The notes beneath the pieces were generated by a model. That model was given only the letters and a program-made list of their open reading frames with translations. It searched no databases and was not told where the DNA came from. Shown piece by piece: positions 35,336 to 42,840 of a stretch of 42,840 nt of DNA. The position numbers and the translations under genes are program-made. The DNA comes from Octopus bimaculoides (lineage: Eukaryota). The stretch covers positions 17,971,849 to 18,014,688 of the forward strand of contig NC_068996.1 in NCBI RefSeq assembly GCF_001194135.2. Direction: 5' to 3'. Each line of letters starts with the position of its first letter. Within the stretch, counting starts at the first letter, position 1.

Positions 35336-35550
35336 ACATCCACCTTACATGTTGGCATGCGTGGGTGTATGAATATGTCCATATATGCATGGGTATATAC
35401 AGATGTGTTTGTATAAGGTATACACACATGTGCATATCTCAACCCCTGCTTAGTGTCTTGAATATTAAAATATCTTGATTCAAACATCCTACAAATAATT
35501 GCGCTTGTGTGTGTGTGTGCACGACGTGCATGCGTGCATGTGTGTGTTTA

Positions 35551-35594
<44 letters not shown>

Positions 35595-35820
35595 CATACA
35601 CATACACATACATAAATAAATAAAAGACCATAGTTATTCATTTCAGCCATGCTGTCTAAATGTTAAATGCTGCCACCTTGTTTCTTTAGTGTCCTGCATA
35701 TATATATATATATATTGTTAGATAAGATACAGAAATAAATTTATTTCTCAAATGCGTGATAATGCTAATAAATAGCATGATCAGGATAAATTATCCAAAT
35801 AATGCAGAAAAATACGTTAC

Positions 35821-35893
35821 TGGCCAGCCATGAGACTCGAACTCACATCTCTGTGATTACGCGTCAAGTGTTTTACCATTAAACTAAACTGCC
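35821..35893 (-). tRNA. tRNA-like cloverleaf, anticodon position CGT, G33; probably non-translational
   Basis: GGCAGTT-TA-GTTT-AATGGTA-AAAC-A-CTTGA-CGCGTAA-TCACA-GAGAT-GTGAG-TTCGAGT-CTCAT-GGCTGGC; A and B boxes present, T5 8 nt downstream; weak anticodon stem. Confidence 0.5.
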
Positions 35894-36120
35894 CAGCAAC
35901 GAATTCTTCTGCAATTTTAGAACTTATAAATTTAGCTTCATAAGACGCTAACGTTAAATTCAACTTTACAATGAAAGTAAACAAACAAAGTTTGTTCTTT
36001 TTTAGAAGCTTCGAGATGTATTGTAAGATACAGAAATAAATTTATTTCTTAAATGCGTGATAATGCTATAAATAGCGAGATCAGGATAAATTATCCAAAT
36101 AATGCAGAAAAATACGTTAC

Positions 36121-36188
36121 TGGCCAGCCATGAGACTCAAACTCACAACTCTGTGATTACTCGTCAAGTGTTTTACCATTAAACTAAA
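36121..36188 (-). pseudogene. 5'-truncated tRNA-like copy (AGT at anticodon position)
   Basis: Second unit of the left array, cut at the inversion junction. Confidence 0.6.
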
Positions 36189-36376
36189 ATTGATCTCGCT
36201 ATTTATAGCATTATCACGCGTTTGAAAAATAAATTTATTTCTGTATCTTACAATACATCTCAACGCTTCTAAAAAAGAACAAACTTAGTTTACTTTCATC
36301 GTAAAGTTGAATTTAACGTTAGCGTCTTATGAAGCTAAATTTATAAGTTCTAAAATTGCAGAAGAATTCATTACTG

Positions 36377-36449
36377 GACAGTTTAGCTTAATGGTAAAGC
36401 AAGTGACGCGTAATCACAGAGATGTGAGTTCAAGTCTCATGGCTGGCCA
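36377..36449 (+). tRNA. tRNA-like cloverleaf, anticodon position CGT, G33
   Basis: GACAGTT-TA-GCTT-AATGGTA-AAGC-A-AGTGA-CGCGTAA-TCACA-GAGAT-GTGAG-TTCAAGT-CTCAT-GGCTGGC; TTTTT at 36458-36462. Confidence 0.5.
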
Positions 36450-36960
36450 ATAACGTATTTTTCTGCATTATTTGGATAATTTGTCCTGATTGCTATTTAT
36501 AGCATTATCACGCGTTTGAGAAATAAATTTATTTCTGTATCTTACAATACATCTCAACGCTTCTAAAAAAGAACAAACTTTGTTTGTTTACTTTCATCGT
36601 AAAGTTGAATATTGTTAGATGTTTGTCCATTTCATTATAGAATTTTTGATTTTAGAAGTTTTAGGTTTTAGATTGTTGAATGTCTTATCTAGCCTCCTCC
36701 ATCACTATGTTTCTGCCATACAGCTTGGTTGTTTCCCCCAATAAATATCATTTTGTTTACCTTACTTAACTCACATTGGATTGCCTAGACATCAAATATC
36801 TATCATGAATGGGAAAATGTTCAGATAAACCAAATTTTCATTTTTTCCTTGCTTTTTTAATCAGTGTCATAGTATTCATTTCACCTATGCTTTCTTAATG
36901 TTAAGTGCTGCCACCTCACTTCTTTAATGTTTTGAATATATATATATATATATATATATT

Positions 36961-37180
36961 GCTAAAGGCAGCGAGCTGGCAGAAACATTAGCATGCTAGG
37001 TGAAATGCTTAGCAATATTTCATCTGTCTTTACATTCTGAGTTCAAATTCCACAGAGGTCAACTTTGCCTTTCATCTTTTCAGGGTCAATAAATTAAATA
37101 CCAGTTGCATACTGGGATCAATCTAATCAACTAGCCCCCTCCCCAAGAATTTCGGGCCTTGTGCCTAGAGTAGAAAAGAA
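36961..37180 (+). mobile_element. Nin-domain tRNA SINE inserted at a (TA)n tract
   Basis: GGCAGCGAGCTGGCAGAA head, GAGTTCAAATTC B-box, CTTTGCCTTTCATC domain; AATATATATATT-like sequence on both sides. Confidence 0.85.
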
Positions 37181-37799
37181 TATATATATTGTCAGACTTT
37201 TGTTAGATGCTTGTTTCATTTTAGAAGTTACATATTTTTTTAGCTCATTGACTATCTTATCTGGCCTTTTTTATCACAATATTTTTGCCATGCAGCTTGG
37301 TCATTCATAGTACACCCTCCCATCCCATCCTCACCACCTATATTAAAAGTCTTTCTTTTATACTGGAAACCTGTATGGAAAGCTCTCTTCTCCACTTCAC
37401 TAACATCAGCAGCGATGACAGTACTACAATATAAAAATGGCATAGCTAGCTTGCTTGCATCAGAAATATGACAAGTGACTAGTATACTGGCCAATAGGTT
37501 AATTATCAGCACTATTTTATTTATCTTATCTTTGTATAAGCAATGGTGTATACTACATCCTCTTCTGGTAGATGTGCAAATTGTGAAGTGAATGTATGAT
37601 GGTAAATTAAATGCAGGATAACTTATATGAATTTATATGAGATGTCTGGCAAATGTCTTGCAAACCTTTTCAGATGCAAAATGTTATTCTCCTCATGCCC
37701 CTCTTCCCTCTTGCCACCCCTTCCTACCCCTAGAGTTGGCACACTCAATATAGGTACATTGGAAGGTAGGTCTGGTAAAACTGTTGAGATGCTAGAATG

Positions 37800-39260
37800 A
37801 AGGCTGTAAATGTGTGTTGTGGTCAATAAGTAAGGCAGAGAGGGCTTTTACCAGGTTCCTCACAAGCAAAGAACATAGGTATAAAATCTTCTGGGTGGAC
37901 AATTGTAATAGGGCTGGTGGTGTGAGCATACTTCTTGCTAAGAAATGGGTTAAGGGGATCAAGGTTGACAGAATGTGTGATAAGAGACTTAAGCTTAGAC
38001 TAGTTTTGTAAAGTGGAATAGCAACTATCATTTCTGCATACACTCCTCAACTGGGGCTGCCAGATAAATAGAAAGATTGATTTTATGACACTCATTTACA
38101 GACAAACTCTTTGACAATTAACAGTGACCTTCTCTTTGTGGCCAGTGAATTCAATGACTGCCAAAACTAGAGAAGAAATTTCAGGTGTGGAAGCAAGGCC
38201 TGGAATCAAAGGGCCTTAGAGTTAACTTAGCAAAGACCAAAGTCTTAGTAAGTACAAAAATGGACAATCACTAATTCGTTCGGGGAGATGGCCCTGTTTG
38301 ATATGTAGAAAAGTGTAGCAATGGGCACATAAGTGGTACAGTGGTATCACAAGAAGATTAACAGAAAAAGTAGTCTTTGTGAGTAGCAGATGCACAGGTA
38401 CAATAAACACCAGGAATATACTGAAAATACACTCTCTCAAATGTCCAAGAGGATCCTTAGAAACAGAAAATAGTTTCTGTTACCTAAGTGATTGAGTTAG
38501 CAGTGGAGGAGAAAGCTCTAAAAGCATAGTTACGAGAATAAGAATGGGCTAGGTGATTAGGCGGCGAGCTGGCAGAAACGTTAGCACACTGGGCAAAATG
38601 CTTAGTGGTATTTCGTCTGCCACTACATTCTGAGTTCAAATTCTGCCGAGGTTGACTTTGCCTTTCATCCTTTCGGGGTCGATAAATTAAGTACCAGTTA
38701 CGCACTGGGGTCAATGTAATCGACTTAATCCCTTGTTTGTCCCCCTCTATATTTAGCTCCTTGTGGGCAGTAAAGAAATAAGAATGGGCTAGGTGAAGTT
38801 CAGAGAGCTTCTACTGTTGTAGGTAACAGAGAGAAAGACCAATTGTATGATACATGTGTATAAACAGCTATGCTACATGGCAGTGAAACATGGGCTGTGC
38901 CTACTAAGAACATACAAAAGCTTGAAAGAAATGAAGCCATCATGCTTCTCTGGATGGATAATATCAGTCTGCATATGGGACAGAGTGTAAATAATTTTAG
39001 AGAAAAACTGGGCATGCACGGCATCAGATGTAGTGTGCAAGAGAGAGACTGCACTGGTATGGTCACATGATGTGTATAGATGAAGACAGCTGCATAAAGA
39101 AGAGCTGATCACAAACTGTGGAGGAAACATGTGGAAGGAGTAGACCCAGATGTGGGATGAAATAATGATAAGTGATCTTCAGAGGCTGAGCCTCACAGAA
39201 GAGATGACAAGGGACTGAAGCTTTTAGTGATTTGTTGTGCTTGAGAAGAGATGTTAAGCT
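37800..39260 (+). mobile_element. Heavily deleted RTE LINE (endonuclease and RT pieces) interrupted by a SINE
   Basis: RAGGVSILLAKKW, GLRVNLAKTKVL, MLHGSETW and LHWYGH motifs. Confidence 0.85.
38557..38776 (+). mobile_element. Young Nin-domain SINE with 20-bp TSD
   Basis: AATAAGAATGGGCTAGGTGA at 38537-38556 and 38777-38796; intact A/B boxes and CpGs. Confidence 0.92.
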
Positions 39261-39639
39261 AAGTAAAATTATGGCCATCCTTTACAAGCATAACACCCCC
39301 TTCCTCTCTCTCACACACACACATAATTCTCTCTTCTGGCAAAATCCACCCAGAGCCTATCTGCCCAAAACCTCCACCACCCACTGCAGGCACCCTCCAG
39401 TTCCTCTCACTATCACATGCTATCTCTAAATATCTCCCCTCTTATGGAACATCTCCTCTATTCCTTCTGTAGTACATATATTCCCCCAAGAGTTCCTTTC
39501 TCTCTCTTCTACCTCCTTCCCTTTCTTTGCCTCACAAGGTTACCAAGTTGTAAGACATCTATCACTGCTCCTCTATCACACTCCAACCTCTCACTTGCAT
39601 GCAACCACTTCTCTCTGTTCCTCTCCCTCTCTCCGCTGA

Positions 39640-39975
39640 GATGTCTTTGTCCTGCAAGCTACATGGCAACCTTGCAGGTGCTGGTTCCATGTAAAAAGCA
39701 CTCATGCTGGTGCCACATAAAAAGTACCCATCCCCGGCACCATGTGAAAAAGCATCCATGCTGGTGTTTCATAAAAAGCACAGGTGCTAGTGCTGCATAG
39801 GAAGCACCGAGTAGACTCTGTAAAGTGGATGGCATTAGGAAGGGCATCCAGCTGTAGAAACCGTGCATAAACAGAGAACTGGAGCCTGGTGCAGCCAGCC
39901 ATCTTGCCAGCTCCTGCCAAACCATCCATCTCATGCCAGCATGGAAAATGAATGTTAAATGATGATGGTGATGAG
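39640..39975 (+). mobile_element. RTE-tail element with subrepeats
   Basis: TTAGGAAGGGCATCCAGCTGTAGAAAC...ATGATGATG. Confidence 0.85.
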
Positions 39976-40139
39976 GACGCACACACACACACACACACAC
40001 ACGCACGTGCGCGCACACACACACATATGTACACACACACATGTATATGTACACACAGACACACATGCACATGTATATGTACATATACACACACATACAC
40101 ACACGCACTCACACACACACACATGTATGTTTGTATGTA

Positions 40140-40660
40140 TGAAGCTTTGTTACCTAGAAGGTGTAATTAGCAAGGGAGGTGGTTACTCTGAAAGTATAGT
40201 AGCAAGAATAAGAACTAGTTGGAGAAAGTTCAGTGAGAAACTACCACTGCTGGCAACAAAGATTATTTCCATTAGAGAGAAGAGTAGATTGTATGATGCT
40301 TGTGCTAGAATTGTAATGCTGTATGGTAGCATGAAACGTGTCTTGAATACATAGGTCTTGGGAATACTGGAAAGAAATGAAGCAAGCATGCTCAGTGGGA
40401 TGTGCAAAGTGAATGTCTCTGAATGACAGTACAAAAATGCTGAGTGAAAAACTGGGTGTAAGAGGAATCAAATGTAGTGTGTGAGAAAGAAGTCTAAGCT
40501 TGTAAGGACATGTGATACATATGAATGAGGACAGCTGTATATAGAAGTGCTGTTCACTTAATGTGGCTGGAACCTGTAGAAGTGGGAGCCCCAAGAAGAC
40601 ATGGAAAGAAGAGGTGAAACCTATCTCAGGACCCCAAGCCTGATGGAGGAGAGGACAAAG
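40140..40660 (+). mobile_element. RTE RT C-terminal fragment
   Basis: [23 protein letters not shown] and SRLYDACARIVMLYGS. Confidence 0.85.
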
Positions 40661-40858
40661 AAATGAGTTATCTAGCAATATAAAGTTCTTGAAAAGATCT
40701 GTTCTCCTCAATGAAACTGTATTCTGGAAATGCTTTGTATATTGTACCTTCTCTTCACCCATGTTATAGTGACTCAATCCCTCTGCTAGTGAATCAAATT
40801 TATCCCATCATGCACTATACCTAATTCCTCCTTCCGCTCCTCCTAATTATCCAACCCT

Positions 40859-40894
<36 letters not shown>

Positions 40895-41184
40895 CCTTGT
40901 CTTCCTCCTGTCAACTGTATCATCATTATTATTCCTACCACTGCACCCCTCATCCCATACTCTTTTGCATCCCTCTATCTTCCCCAACTCATGGCTCATC
41001 GTTCTTCAACCCTACCCAAATATTACAGACTGCTTCCCCATCCCTTCATCTCCTGCTCCCCATACAATATTGCAAACCACTTCACCCAATCACTTTTACT
41101 CACTTCATGCCTTGTGGGGTCTCCTGGGCATCTCATCATCATTATGTATCTCTTTGTGGCTTCTACTGATCATTTCTCCTTCTC

Positions 41185-41355
41185 ACTAGCGTAGCTAGGA
41201 GGGAGGGGACAGAAGGGCTGTACACCCTGAGTGGAACTTTTATGGGGGTGGCACCACTTTTGGGCCTGCTGTAGGCAGTATATGTTTTTTGTGGGGGCCC
41301 AGGGATAGCAAACTGAAGGGCTGTCCCAGGTAGCACATACTCTAGCAACACTAGT
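41185..41355. mobile_element. GC-rich MITE-like element
   Basis: ACTAGCGTAGCTAGG versus TCTAGCAACACTAGT, 12/15 inverted match. Confidence 0.45.
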
Positions 41356-41494
41356 CCTCCTATTCTCCTTCTACTAAATGTATCCATGCAAATCTACAAG
41401 AACCTGGTCTGACCCTCTTCCCTAACCTTCTCTCATAATTTAACCCCTCATCTCCTAATATGAAGCTGCTCCTCCTACTTCCAGTGTCTGTAGT

Positions 41495-42062
41495 CCTATG
41501 AGTTGCATGGCAACCTCAATAGGACAGGTGGCATGAAAAAAGCACTGATTACCTTTGCCATGTGATTAGTTTTAGGAAGGGCATCTGGCCATAAAAGCAT
41601 GCAGAAGCAGCCCTTGATCTGATTAGATCTTGTCAAACCATACAACCCAGGAATGTTAAATGATGATGGTAAGAAGTTTGCTTCCAAAGCACATGGTTTT
41701 GGGTTCAGTCCCACTGCATGGTATCTTGGGCAAGTGTCTTCTACTATAGCCTTGGGCTGACCAAAGACTTGTGAGTGTATTTGGTAGACGGAAACTGAAA
41801 GAAGCCTGTCGTATATATACATATGTATATATCTATATGTCTTTATGTCTTTGTGACTGTGTTTGTCTCCCTACCATTGTTTGACAGTGGTAGGGAACAA
41901 ACACGGACATTTCTCTGTAACTTAGCAGTCCAGCAGAAAAGATTGAGAGAATAAGTACCTGGCTTAAAAAACAAGTACTGGGATCGATTCATTTGACTAA
42001 AATTCTTCAAGGTGTTGCTCCAGCATGGCCACACTCTAATGACAGAAACAATTAAAAGATAT
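41495..42062 (+). mobile_element. RTE-tail fragment followed directly by a CORE-type SINE
   Basis: TTAGGAAGGGCATCTGG...ATGATGAT then GGTAAGAAGTTTGCTTCC...CTTGGGCAAGTGTCTTC...TGACAGAAACAATTAAAAG. Confidence 0.8.
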
Positions 42063-42493
42063 TTGAAAACACGGTCCTCATCTTAGTTATTTCATTGTTC
42101 ACCACCTGAAAATAAACATCACTCCCTGATGAGATCCGGATATAACTGGGGTCATTTTACATCTAACATCACTTAAATGTTGATGATCAAAAATCAATGG
42201 CTGGATTGGAACATATGTAGAATTCTTTTATGTTTATTTCTTTTGTTGATTCACTTCTTTTACATTCTGAATCTTTTATGTATTATTATTTTTCATCGTG
42301 ATACAAATAAAATTAACCAAGTATCCACTATATTTCTTCTCTATTTTCTTTTATTAATTTTACAAAATATTGGACAGTTTATCCATATATATTGCAGAAC
42401 TTCCTTTCAATATATTTGATAACACACTATTTGATATCCGGATTTTTATAAAAAATCCCTTATGAGGAAATTACATCCTCAATATTTGCATAT

Positions 42494-42840
42494 CAGTCTG
42501 TGGAGCGAATGTCGCTAGTAACTACAGGATTTCCTACTTCCTCTCAATGATCATACGCCCCATAATCCAGATGTCACCTGATGTTTGTGACAGCACGGAA
42601 GATCTCCTCAGCAGGATCAATGACTGCAACAACACTTGCAACCTGACAGGGTGTATAGTGGGTAGCATGGATGTGGTATCACTATACCCATCTATCGACG
42701 TGGATTTTGCAGTGGAAAAGTGCGTGGAGATGATCAACGAGAGCGAAGTAGAGTTCCAAAAAGTCAACACAGAAGAACTGGGCCTCCTACTTAGATTGAC
42801 ATATGACGATGTATATCTAGATAGATACGACCTTAGAGAT
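42494..42840 (+). mobile_element. Penelope-like reverse transcriptase, probably Naiad-type; 5'-truncated, runs off window
   Basis: Stop-free frame VCGANVASNYRISYFLSMIIRP...CDSTEDLL...IVGSMDVVSLYPSIDVDFAVEKC...VNTEELGLLLRL; the (S)xDVxxLYPSI motif is diagnostic of PLE RT motif A. Absent from the ORF track because there is no stop in the window. Confidence 0.85.

Larger units (their letters stand above)
35724..36608. repeat. Head-to-head inverted arrays of a ~301-bp tRNA-containing unit, flanked by direct repeat ATATTGTTAGAT
   Basis: Left array 35724-36188 (tRNA on -), right array 36191-36608 (tRNA on +); direct repeat at 35712-35723 and 36609-36620. Confidence 0.93.

Noticed and set aside
35821-36449. 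Functional tRNA-Thr gene cluster
   Set aside because: G33 instead of U33, mismatched anticodon and acceptor pairs, and a repeat context; kept only as tRNA-like.
42494-42840. Selenoprotein-type recoding in the PLE RT
   Set aside because: No in-frame TGA in the visible element sequence and the 3' UTR is outside the window; cannot be assessed.

Overview
AT-rich, repeat-dense eukaryotic DNA with three assembly gaps (18000-18009, 20494-20963, 23991-24362). The repeat families (CORE-type and Nin-type tRNA SINEs, RTE LINE pieces with (GAT)n tails, long compound microsatellites) point to an octopus or other coleoid cephalopod; this is inferred from recalled repeat sequences, not from a search. Most supplied ORFs are artefacts of microsatellites, gaps or decayed transposons. 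Recognisable content: Tc1 and maT (DD37D-like) mariner elements, a Chapaev3-like transposon interrupted by a ~1 kb solo LTR with a GACC TSD, RTE, CR1-like and L1/Tx1-like LINE fragments, and a Penelope-like GIY-YIG fragment in inverted arrangement. Four decayed minimal hammerhead-ribozyme motifs are also present, as are two or three phase-compatible candidate host exons at 14.3-15.2 kb. Two things stand out. First, an ~885 bp TSD-flanked insertion made of a ~301 bp tRNA-like tandem unit arranged head-to-head (35724-36608), with a compensatory D-stem change between copies. Second, an uninterrupted Penelope-like (probably Naiad-type) reverse transcriptase frame running off the right edge, which the ORF track missed. 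No rRNA, CRISPR array or confidently functional tRNA gene was seen.
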